From NCBI GenBank assembly GCA_036172245.1, contig JAYWIR010000022.1, positions 3,100,001 to 3,164,000 on the forward strand: DNA of 64,000 bases. Direction: 5' to 3'. This document shows, piece after piece, positions 48,980 through 61,079 of the stretch (within the stretch, counting starts at the first letter, position 1; each line of letters starts with the position of its first letter). A program made the translations under genes and the position numbers. The stretch is from Raillietiella orientalis (Eukaryota). Below the pieces are notes generated by a model, which did not search any database, was not told the origin of the DNA, and saw nothing but the letters and a program-made list of their open reading frames with translations.

Positions 48980-51900
48980 TTAATTTTTTATTGATAAATA
49001 CATTTTCCCTTTTATGGTTTTCTTAACTGGATTTATATTCTTCAAAATCTGGGCAATCTGTGTAACAAGATTATCAGATGACAATCCTATCTTTTTGCTT
49101 TTGAATTTTTGAAGAAGTTCTGTTGTGGTCATGGGCTTCCTCATCAAATATCGACGAACAGACTCTTCATTGATCGATAAATCATTGCTAAACACACAAA
49201 TTAATTGATAGTCATGACATGTAAAATATGACTGCATACTTATTGGCAATAGATGATGATGGGAAAAAGGATGCTTTATCAAGTTTCATCTTCTTACTTT
49301 CTACTGCCTCTGGATATTCTGGATGTGGATGTTTGGCTGCTGACCGAGCAGCATTATTTCTAACAGTACACTAGACAATAATCATTTAAAGTTTCTTTGT
49401 TACCTTTGAGAATCTTTTTCTGTTTTCAATTTACTTTGTAGAAATAAAGCAGAACTTTCTGGTTCACTGTCCGTATTTACTTCCTCTGAACTGTCACTTA
49501 GATTTTTATCCACCACTGCAAAATTGAATTCTTTGTGTAACAGCATCTAAAAATTTCATACCATCTTTGTTTTTTTTATTTTTTTTGGTTTTGTTTTTGG
49601 TTTCATCTTTTTCTGTTTCACTTTCATGTTCATCAGCATCTTTATCACTTGTTTCCTCTTGCTTCTCCTCCTCATCTTCATCAGATGCCAAAAGTTTATG
49701 AAGTGCATCCTCTTCATCAACTCCTTTAAGTTCACTTTCCTTGACATTCAATTCCTCTTCACTGTGAACAGATTATGATATTTCCATAAAATAGTTTACC
49801 TGGAACTTGTATCTGACATGTAATCTACTTCTCTACCTTCATCATCTCCATCATCACTTTCTTCAATGCCTTCATCATCTGAATCTGGCGTTTTTTTTTT
49901 TTTTTTGTCTGATTTGCATTTTTCAATAAGTACACTACTATTCACCCTATGTTTATATTTACTCACTTTTTGATACTTTTGGGTTTGTGCTTTTTTTTTC
50001 TGAATCAGCTTCTTCATCTGAATCTTCAGCATCAGATGACTGTGCCCATTCATCCATATCAGTAACCATAAAATCCTCACTTCCTGTAATCTTCTAATAA
50101 AACATTCAAATCCTAAAAGTTCTACATACGAGTTTTCTTTTTTCCTTTACTTTTATTGCTGGGTTCCTCATCTTCTTCATCTTCCTTCTTAAGACGCTTT
50201 TTGAGCATAATGGAAAAATAATTCATAACTTTATCTCGCCTATAAAGGCAAATAACATCTATAGGTATAATTATTCAAAAATTATTGCTATGGTAGAAGT
50301 TACAATAATCCGACAGGTTCATTACCTCCCAAATTCTTCTTCTGCTTCTTCCGCACTTAACGCATTAAATCTCTGAATGGGGGTGAAATTGTACCATTCT
50401 TCAATAGGAAAGGCCTCAAACGCACCATCTTGTGCTTGTGTAAATACATAATATGATGCATTTTCGGTTACACCACCCTCTCGAATGCCTCTATACCTAG
50501 AAATATAGAGCTGAGTCCATCAGAGTAACTTCAGAAAATTAATCAGCTGCTGGACATTCATCAACATCCAATGTTAACAGTGGGATTTTTTTATTCAGAT
50601 ATGAAACATTTAAAGGGAATAAACAACGAAATAAGGCAAAGAATTCTCTGTGTACATGCAAAAGAGAATATTTAAGAAAGGAATGCTATTTTTGCCTTTT
50701 ATGATTCTCCATTTACTGAAATTTCTGAATTTCATTTGATGTTCTAGTTTTACAAGACCTTGAATAAGACATTTCACAAGCTGAAAGCCAAAATGAATCA
50801 AGGTTTTGAGTGACTTGATCTTTAAAGTAACATCAAGACTATCTTTTCATCCTCTTGATGGTACTTTACATGTGCAAACAGTAAACAAAGATGAGCTGCA
50901 AAACTGATTACAAATAATCCACTAAAATATCAAATAAATCCAAAACACAAAAACTAGGAAAAAACACATAAAAGAATACCACAAATATGGGTGAGTTTTT
51001 TAAAGTTTCCTGTTGTTTGTGATTTTAGAATGAAAAAAACATTCTAAAATCACAAACAGCATGTGCACTTTCATTTTATAACCTACTTTTGAAACAAAAA
51101 TTTTGATGAGACTTATGAACCAATTTCTCATGATTACTTCTATCAAACTCACCTCATTAAAAACACACATACTTCCACCTCTTGGAATTATTAAATTTAT
51201 CGATAAGCGCAAGACTAAGCATTTTAAAAGAAAGGGAAAAAAGTTCACCATCAAATTAAATAGCCCTTACTTTTTGCCGTTTTTGCCACCAGCCTTTAGA
51301 ATCCAAGGCTGATCTTCTGCTTTATACAATTTTTGCATAATGCCATATTTTTTCCGACGTGCTTCTTCTTTCTGCTCTTTGCCAAATTCACTTCCTGCTC
51401 CAAACCTTGCAAATCATAAAAATAAGTTTTAAAAGCAATAAAATAAATAAATTTACTATTTTCAAACATGTTTGATTATTTTGAAATTCTTCATAAACTT
51501 AACTTACTTGGGAGTATCTTCATCTTCTTTCAATTTATATTCTTTAATATTGTTCTCTCTTTCCATTTTCACATGTGTCCATTTGCTAAAGTCTATATTC
51601 AGGGATGCATTAAATTTCATTGCATGGAACTTTTTTTTGGTGTTCCTGAAACAAATTTGTCCTTTATGTTTTGACAGTATCCAATATTCTAAAATAAACA
51701 CTGCTATGTTGAATACACAAAATTATGATAAATAAGAAACTATTAGCAAGCACTTGTTCAGAAAACAAATAACGATTCGGCAAACATTTATGAACAAATT
51801 GGATAAATTCAAACATCTGTGAATAGCAAAAATTATCGCATATATTCATAAATTTACAACAGTTACAAACAGGGAACTGAAACAGAGATGGAAACCACTT

Positions 51901-53916
51901 ACATAATACTTAAAAGGGCAAGTATGAGGAAATGAAAAAAATAATACGCAACCTTGAAATTAGATCATTCAAGGTACATGGAACAACTGCAGGAAAATTA
52001 TTGAAACAGGTTACACATGAATTTTAAATGCATACTTACTTTGGAACACGTATTACATATTCCTGGCTAACAACTGCTTGATTCTGAAAAAGAAAAAAGG
52101 AATACTGAAATGCTAAAAATCAGAAATTCAACATTCAATATCCACAAGGTTTATGTGAATTTTTCTAGAACATCTCCATAAATTGATTTCATTACATCAA
52201 ACGTGAATTTGGATATTAAAGCAATATACAATTTATCTATGATTCTTGAATCCAAATCAAAACAAGGATTTCAAACATTCAAGAATTCCTGTTGAGAATC
52301 AAAAATTACTACCACAAATGAAAACTGGATGAGGGGTTTCCTACATGAAAAGTCAAGTAAACTAAAGCAGAATTGAAAATTTTCCTCAAAAAATACAAAA
52401 CACTGCCAACTTCAGTTAAGCAACCTTTTCTAAACGTAATAATAAAAGCAACAACGGAAAAAACTTGGAATTCTAATGGAATTTAAATTTTCAATTTGAA
52501 TTTCATGTAACATCATAACTTCAAACTTGCATTCACAGTGTTGATGTTGGCAATACAAAGTGTGTACAATCCAGGATTTATGCTATTGTTACAAACTGGT
52601 ATGATTTGATTTAATTAAATCCAACAACCAGATGAAAACAAACCAACTTGAAAATGCAAGAAACCTATAAAAATGAAACCACGATGGATAGCAAATATCA
52701 ACACTATTCAACTTTAAATGTTTTACATAAGAGATTTATTTGGTATCCAAATTCTAAGAATAAACATAAAAGGAAATCTTGTTACCAAAAAAGAAAAACC
52801 AGGGAAAAAAAGATGAGAATATGTGAGTCAAAAAAAAAGACATCAACTCTGAACTCTAAAAGGGTGAGAAAGTCTGTATTGACTTTGATGCCATAATAAA
52901 GAATCTTTGTTGAAAGGAACTGATCTGCTTTTGCACACTGTACGGAAAAAAGAATTTATGAATACTAAAATAACAAGCCATTACAACTATCACCATAACA
53001 CAAAGCAGGCACTTAAATATGATATTATCACAATGAGAAAACGCACATGATATATGAAAACTGCAATTTTATGCCTGCTCTCTACTTCCTAAACAGGAAA
53101 TTTAAATTTCTCACGCAGAGTACTAATTAATTGGATAAAATACTAATTAAATATTCCAGTTTACATGTCAATACACAATAAAAATTTCCACATAAGTGTG
53201 ATACAGTCACCTGCTTTATTATCCATAGAGAACAATGAATAAGATCTAATTAATTTGCACCAAGATTTACAAAAATAATAAAAATGCTCATGTAATATGC
53301 TGAGTCAAAAAAGAAAACTGAAACAAGTGAAATCGGTCAATACCTTTATGCCATACAACATTATTCTTTTCCTATCTTTCATTCCTACATCACTATCCAC
53401 TTGCACTATATGGAATTAATAACTTTTTCCGGCATACAATTTGATTTCAAGTAGATTTGCATAATCATTCATATCATACAATCAACCACTTCAGCACCTC
53501 CAAAATCTTCAAAATACTCTCAACAAAATAAAATACTCGGTAACAAATTTGATTAAAAATTAGCATCCATTTATACTTCGATGAAATACTTTCATTCAGT
53601 GTTTTGCACAATAAACGCTACACTAGTTTCCCAAATCTTTCGAACATTTCTGAGATTAAGGATGATTATCCAGACATAGCTGCTTTTACTGACAAAAGCA
53701 GGCCAGGAAAATATATCCTAATGACGATAAAACGTATATTGCTGATTCACACCTCTTTCGAAATTTTAGGTGCCGCTTTTCTATAACGATAACTTCTAGG
53801 AACTTTGCCTCTAGGAACTCATATTACTGTTTATCATTTAAATGACGTAAAAATCCACTGCAGCAAAGCTGTGATTTGCAAGAACAAACACCACTTACCG
53901 ATGACTTCTGATTCAT
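48980..53916 (-). CDS. GTF2F1: General transcription factor IIF subunit 1 (RAP74 / TFIIF-alpha), 12 exons, about 493 aa
   Basis: Exons 53916-53899, 52083-52040, 51645-51508, 51405-51271, 50496-50326, 50239-50130, 50083-49967, 49908-49800, 49761-49562, 49515-49404, 49359-49240 and 49187-48980 (1482 nt, phases consistent). Motifs EYVIRVP, FGAGSEFG..QKEEARRKKYG, EDQPWIL, YRGIREGGVTENASYYVF, FEAFPIEEWYNF, EESDDGDDEGREVDYMSD and winged helix EESVRRYLMRKPMTTTELLQKFK. The 18-nt first exon is the least certain. Confidence 0.95.
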
Positions 53917-55899
53917 TTTAATTTTGGGGATTTCAAAATCTTTCCAGAGTCACGTATAAACAATCCATAATTCTGCAAAAACGAATTACACAAAGGCTAC
54001 AAAAACTAGGCCATGCATGCTTCACATCAGGATTTAAAAATGATGCATCATGACACCACTCAACAGTTACCTCGAACATTAAGTCTTAAAGGAATGTAGC
54101 CGAATAACAACCCAAAACAGTCAAATGCATATCCCTTAACTCGTTCTCATTTATGCTACAGTGTAATAAATTTAAGCCCATTTCAGGAATCACAAAGGAT
54201 AACACACTTTTTCAATCATTTATCAGATGACTACATCTTTCTACATATAGTAAATAATGATTTATTTCGATTTTAATGGTACAGCACACACCAGCACTTT
54301 CACTACGGCTCCACCGTTCGGAGTAACACTTGGATATCTGGAGGCAGCGGTGTTCGCACATCTAATGGTTTCCCAAATATTACAACAATATTTTTAATAT
54401 TTCCTGAATATTTCCCAAAACAATCCTATTAAATACTTCCTAAATATTTAACTACGTTGAGGAAAGAGAGAGAAGCCTTAAAGCATTCTCATTTCTATGA
54501 AGACTGCCGTGAATTTAGTGATCAGGAGGCCTGAATAAATGAATTTCCTTCATGTTACAAATTTATAAGACTGAGAAGGAATCCATGAAAGAGAATGTCG
54601 TGACTTTCCCGCATACAATCATCAACCAGAGAAATCTTGGAAAAGAACCATTTTTGGAACCATTCTCAAGAACATTTTCCTAACAAGCTCCAGTATCAGT
54701 GTTTGGGAACAATCAGAACATTCACATGATCCTGTGGTCCAAATGATTCCATTTTAATTTGGAACATTTTTCGACCGGAATGACACGTATGAAGATTATG
54801 TGAACCTAATAAATTCATCACACAGCACTGACGTTTTAGGATACGGAGCACACGTCTCGAATGAATACACTCATGGAAACTTTTCAAGTACGAGATCTGT
54901 TCCTTTTCAAGAAGAATTCCACATCGAAAAGAAACCAAAGCAATCTACAGGAATATCCTCAACAAGTAGACGATCCATATAAATCCATGCATTTATATCA
55001 GATCTGGGATTTCGGGATTAAAATGAAGTCTTCGGTCTCGTTTATGAAACGCAAAAGATGCATACTAAGTCAAGGGAATTTGAAACTTATTGATAGTTGC
55101 ACTTAAAAACGCAAATCTCCTAATGAAGATTTAGGAAGAAACCAACACTCTACTTTCTTTTCAGCAGTATGAACTAAACAAATGCAAAATCTACTTTTTA
55201 CAATGAAATCAAATACATTGTCTAGGAACTTGAAATGGAAGACATTTCATTGGAGTGATAAAAATTCTTGAACCGTCTTTGTGTAGTCATATTTCTAATG
55301 ATCTCTAATAGCAGCGACCCAAGATGGTGACTTTCAAGTGTATCCCTAGAATAACAAAAGCAACAGCGGTATTTGATCGCTTTCCAAGCTTTTCTTATGC
55401 TGTTTTCATTGGAGCACTTAGTACTCGGAATTGCAACAGATCACACGTAAATTATCCGTGCAAATGCCGGAGAACTAAAATACTTTGTTATTAAATTACA
55501 CTCAACTACAAACTTTCCAGCTGCTCAAACTTTGAGCAACATCGCATTCTCGGTTGTATCCAAATCTTGGGCGAACGTAGTTAAAGGATGAAAATAGTTT
55601 TTTATTTCCAAGAATCTTCGTATTCACGGGAAGTAGTTTCTGTTTTCTCTATGTTTCTTTGAATAAAATGGGATTTATTTTCAAGTGACAAGAATTAATC
55701 TAACTACAATTGAAATACTCGCAAATCTAGAGTACATTCTTTTATGTCTTGAAACCCTTCAGATCTTTCGAACTCCAACTCGCCATCCTCGCGTTTAACG
55801 ATAACAAAAGACGGCTACACGCAAGAGGAATAGAATTAACTAAGTGTGTGGTGCTCCCACCGCAAATAAAAAAAAAGCATCGCAGTAAGAATTTAGGAC

Positions 55900-57720
55900 T
55901 GTTTTTCAGTTTTATTTCCCTTAAAAGTATTCGTTTTGCTTAGTTTTCATTCTCTCGTATTTCTTTTGAGGTTCTTCCAGAAGTGCGGAATCTCAAAAGT
56001 GCCATGGAACCCTCACTATTCATCTCTGGAAACCTGTGGGAGAGAATTGGATGCTTCGGAAAACAACGAAGCATAGTTTCAGTTTATGGTGATATTGGGA
56101 GGAGAGTCAACCCTGGTATTCGGTTGCCTTGCCTCTATTGGCACGAAAGTGGGAGATGGAAGCAAGCGAGATCCAATTTTTGATTTTCCTTATGCTGGGC
56201 AGATAAGAAAGAAACAAGTTAGATGCACCCCTTAGCACTGACCAAGTTTATAGTGATATTGGGAGGAATCAGAGGTTCATTCCCCTATCGAGTCGCATTT
56301 CCATGCAAATCTTAGCAGTTTGTCTTTGCACAAGTGATCTCAGGCTTGCTCTTGCAGAGATCCTATCCTAAAACAGGAACTCGATTCAATTCTTTTGTCA
56401 TCAAATGATCGTGGTTCTATTTCTTCCGAGATTTAAGATATCGGAAGAATAAAAATAAGATTAAGGATAAGAAATAATTATGCTTTTTGAATTTATTTTT
56501 ACTAAATTCATTTGGGGAACGGATTTGACGTCAGATGCACTGTGTGAGGCGAAATGGATCTCGAAATGTCAGATGGCTTTCCCACTATCTCTTGGTACTC
56601 GTAAACCCTGATAATTCCTCCCTGAATTTAATGCCTAGATTGAGAAAACGCTTTCGAGAACGTTCCCTTTAATTATTCCAGAATGCCCTCTTAAGGTATG
56701 GAGGAGGGTTTATGGCAATCTGCTCCTATAGCTGTTTCGCCCTCTTTTTCAGTTCTGATCTGATGTAGTTGAGGATCCTTTTTAGCGCATGTTTTGCACA
56801 GGCGACTTGGTTTTCTTATATCTTTGCTGTTGATGAGAATCTGTTTGTGCTGACAGCACTTTGCTTCCTTATCTGAATCCCATCATTGCAACGGTGTTTC
56901 AGTCCACTAGTGATTTGGGTAGTCACGGTAACTTTGTTTATTCTTATCCTTGCTCATTGAAACTAAGCTTTTCACCATTGGAATTTTTTGTCACCTTCTT
57001 ATGCCCTGATTTGGACATGATCCTTTAAGAAATTCTTGCTGATGTCCTCAAAACATTCGTTTAAGAGAAAGTTGGTTCTAAGAAGGACGTAATTGACTTG
57101 TTCGCGTGAAGTTTCAAGACGAGCTCAGTACTCCTTCCGTTTCAAGAGCATTCAAGACATTTCCCTCCAAATTAGATAAGGAGCTGCTTAAAGTTCCAGT
57201 AGGACAAAAGCCGAAGAAAGGAGGCGATTTTAGAAGGAAGAGTAGATGAGTAGGATCACAATGGCAGGGAGAGGTTCCAAGGGTTCTTCTGTCCCTCCAG
57301 TGAAATTCAACATTATTCTAGAAAGCTCTTTTCCCACAATCCGGCACGATCCACTCCCTTTTTCAATGAAATCTTCACATTCCACTTGTTCCAACTAGCT
57401 CGGTAAGTTGGGGATTTGTGCAGTGATTTCACATGAATGTATTGCATGACGGGATAGGCATACAGAATGCAGGAGGGAAGAACCACCATAATTCTTACAT
57501 TATTTATTGAACTGAGAGCTGAATGACAATGTGCAAGAAAAACATTCCTGCGAGCTTTTCGTGGTTAGTTAATCATTCTTTCAATCTGGAATATCCTTTG
57601 ACTGTAGTGAAGGAGTCCCTTTTCTTAAAAATCTCCGTCCATCTTTTTTTAAACGTTTCTAAACTAACGACTGTGTAATTATACTGGAGCATCTTGACTC
57701 TCCAGTAGTTCTGCTTCTTC
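55900..57720 (-). mobile_element. Decayed LINE ORF2 remnant (APE endonuclease start to early RT)
   Basis: KMLQYN...WTEI...GY near 57690 resembles an APE N-terminus; a linker carries RAFWN (about 56680); LPISL / LPISP (56267-56245 and 56103-56081) resemble YRPISL and are followed by ILSHRF. Spacing is plausible for ORF2; many stops. Confidence 0.4.
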
Positions 57721-59612
57721 TTTTTGCTTTTTGACTGCTCATTGTGATTCTCTGCATGAAACTCGGAATCCCAAACGTCTTGGACATTGGTCCTCATTTT
57801 TGTATTCTGCTCTGATGTTTACTCAACTCTGGAAAAAAATTTGTACGGTTAAGGTGCTGCCTAAAATTTACATGAAATCTGAGAGGAAAATTTCTGATGT
57901 TACCTGGACACCAAGAATTTCAAGTGGTGTAGAATTCAAGTCCGACTTTTTCATGAAGCTTAATCAAGAAGGATGTTCAACTGTGCTTTGAAAGGCAAGC
58001 AGAGTAAAACGCGGTTAAGAGATGTATTTGCATAATATTGACTCACAAAAATATTATGCAAACAAGCTATAAAAGCTTACAGATCACCATTATGCTTCAC
58101 AAATTAGCTCATTTTTGAGTTTGCAGACATGCCCTTATATTTCATCCTTTCAAATACTTTCCTCCCCATTTTTCTTCCAACTCAAGCAAATAATTCTCGG
58201 CAACTTCTCTACTTGAAGCACGACATACTTTTTCAAATCATTCATGAAAATTATCACATCTTTACTGGATACATATTTCAGTGAGTTTCGTTATTGGGAA
58301 GACAAATAGGACATATAATAAATTCGCCTAGATCCCCAATTATAGGCGAAAAACGTTCTTTTTGATTTGTCCTATTACTACTGAGGTTTGGTATTACTAT
58401 TTGTGTTTTTATAGTATGCCCTTTTTTCTTTCCATAACGATTATGGGACTTTTGGAATTCGCATTAGATTTACGTCCAACTTTAGCCATACTCTCCCTCG
58501 TATTTAATATTGTCCACCTTTCTGTTTAAGAGTTCTTAATATGCAAGTTCGAGATAAATTTGCTAAAAAAGAAATTCTTTGAAGGAAGAGTGTTTAATAC
58601 ACCTTCACATTATCATTTCTTATAATCCTTTATTTTCCAACGAATTTCCTGGGGAAAATGGCAAGATTGAGTTGGTTTTTGAAATCCATTTGTAAATGTT
58701 ACGAAATTGGCGCCAAACTAGAATTTTTGTAGAAACAGCTGCACGTGCTAAGAAATTAGGGTCGTCATTTTTGGCAAACTGGAGCACATATTTAGCATAT
58801 GTTTCCTGAAACTCTCAAATTTAATAGGTTTCTCGAACCAAAAAAAGCTACTTGATATTTACCCGTATCAAGGAGAGTTAGTTTACATGGTGTCTTGGGT
58901 GAATCTGTTCTCGTTTCGGAAATGTCGGTCTTGTTATTTAGATATGAATTTCTTATCTACATTTTCAAGTATAATTATTATTCTGTATTCAAGCTATTTA
59001 TTGATTACAAATTAATGACAATAGGGGATATTCTAAATAAATGTATTTAAAAAAAAGAGAAGGAAAATGTTATTTAAAGCATTTATAAAATAATATGAAT
59101 GAATATATATGAATCATTGCGCACATTTATTAGTAGTTCCTTTATGTGATAAAGTATGATTATGATCGTAGATCAGATCTTGGATCTCCACTACAAACAT
59201 CCGCACATCTTATTATTGCTATGGTTTTGAGTGCTATTGAATTTTCATTTTTCTTCTTCTTAATGCATTACGGGGTTCTTTTTGTTCATATCAAATTCAT
59301 TTGTAGATTCTTGGAAGTGATTAAGGAGAACTCTTACATTCACTTATGTACAGAACTACCAGAATTTTTTCATTTAAGTTTTCGAAGTCTTTATGGAAGT
59401 AATAAAACACCGGAATGATTCCGCCAAATAGAGAATGCTCGTGCTTATCCCGAGAATTTGGAAAAAAAATTGTGTCAAAGGGAGAGAATGAGTTCTTTTT
59501 CAGAACGATAGGTAGGAACGTATGACAGACCTGGTGACGTAGGTGCACACACACGATTCATATTTGACACATGGAAAGCAGTCTCATCCTCAAGAAAGCA
59601 GAGAAAAGTCCA

Positions 59613-59816
59613 CTAAGTTTTCAATTTTTGCGATTTCTCGTTCTCGAGAAATTGAGACGTTTCCTTCCTGTCAGCTCTCTTAACGCTTCGCAAGGCTGCT
59701 GGGAGTGAAAATGCTCCCCTCGACTTGAGTGGCTTTCTGTAGAAACAGAGAGCCTCTGTTAGTTCCACACTGCTTTCACGTCTTTTGGTAGCTTCAGGTG
59801 TTCGAAGTAGAGACAT
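59613..59816 (-). mobile_element. Possible Polinton/Maverick-type integrase N-terminal fragment
   Basis: LCFYRKPLKSRGAFSLPAALRSVKRADRKETSQFLENEK loosely matches the YYxPxxPGxFxxxxxL...K..V..FL..Q pattern; no catalytic core seen. Confidence 0.22.
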
Positions 59817-61079
59817 ATTTCATGTGCATTATCACACATAATTATGGGAGGGATCAGACCTCCGGATTTGGAGAAATTTCCGCAGACTCCATAATTCTGA
59901 TACAATTTCTTGTGAACGATAGCTCACTGAGAGAATCGTCCACCCTTACCAGATTTCCCAAGTCACAGAAGAAGGAAACAGACCGTTCTTTTAATAAAAA
60001 TTAATCAGTGATGACTGCTGAATCCAGTGGGGAAGAATGTTTTTTGGGAACCCAGGAACCTCAGCAAGAAAAGATAACTTAACTAACTAAAAGATAAGAT
60101 AACTTAATTAACACAGATTATCATTTCGGGTAAGTTACCAACAGCCATCCGAATCAAAATAAACACATCAGGCAAGATACTGTTTGCACAAATGGATCCA
60201 GTAACTATATTTTTAATAAGTGCCATCGATGCATATGGAATTCGTGATGTTCAGATAGAAACTTCGTCTCGGTAATGCTTCCTATGAGCTCACTAGAGAG
60301 CTTTCAGAGAGACTAATTGGACTAAAAATTTCAGATTCTGACAAGCAGGATATTTCCTCGTCAGTTATTCGTTCTAGTTTCCATAGACGGAGCCAAAAAA
60401 GGCGCAGTCCTGGAAGCTTGTTATCTCAATGAGAAGTAACGTACGACATGCGATTTATCACACAAAATGTTTTCGATGAATTCTCCAGACGATCATAGAA
60501 AGCTGGCACTCTTGCTTGCAAAAAGCGCTACCGGACTCGCCGTTGCAAATTTAGGCTGCCTAGCTGTTGTTAAATATGTACCCACGATCAATTATAGCTT
60601 CAAAGAAGCGGAGAATTCCCAGTAGTAGAGTGAAGGATCTCATATCATAGGAACAGGATGTACTAGGTGAAATAAGCAAACTATGGGACGAGACATGTGT
60701 ACTGGACACGTTCATTGAATAAAACAGCTGTAAAACAACGAAGCATTTAAACGAAGACTCAACATCACGAGTATGGCATCTACAAGGGACATTTTAACCA
60801 TTTGATAGTGATCTACAGAATATAAAAAAAATCAGCGCGGTCTCCTGACAGTAATTCATGCAGAACTCACGTTTAAATTTCCAATAAACTCTAATCTGTG
60901 GACTCTGTCTTTCAAGCACATTCAGCGGGTTACATGTTAGAGCACGATTCAGCATCTCAGTCCACGGGGACCTGTTTTTTGTATTTTTGTTAGGGATTAC
61001 GAATCATTTCCAGACAGTCTCCTGTTTGCTCACACTGAAACTGTGATTTTCGTATAGCAGCGGCAAGGGGGATCCTTGA

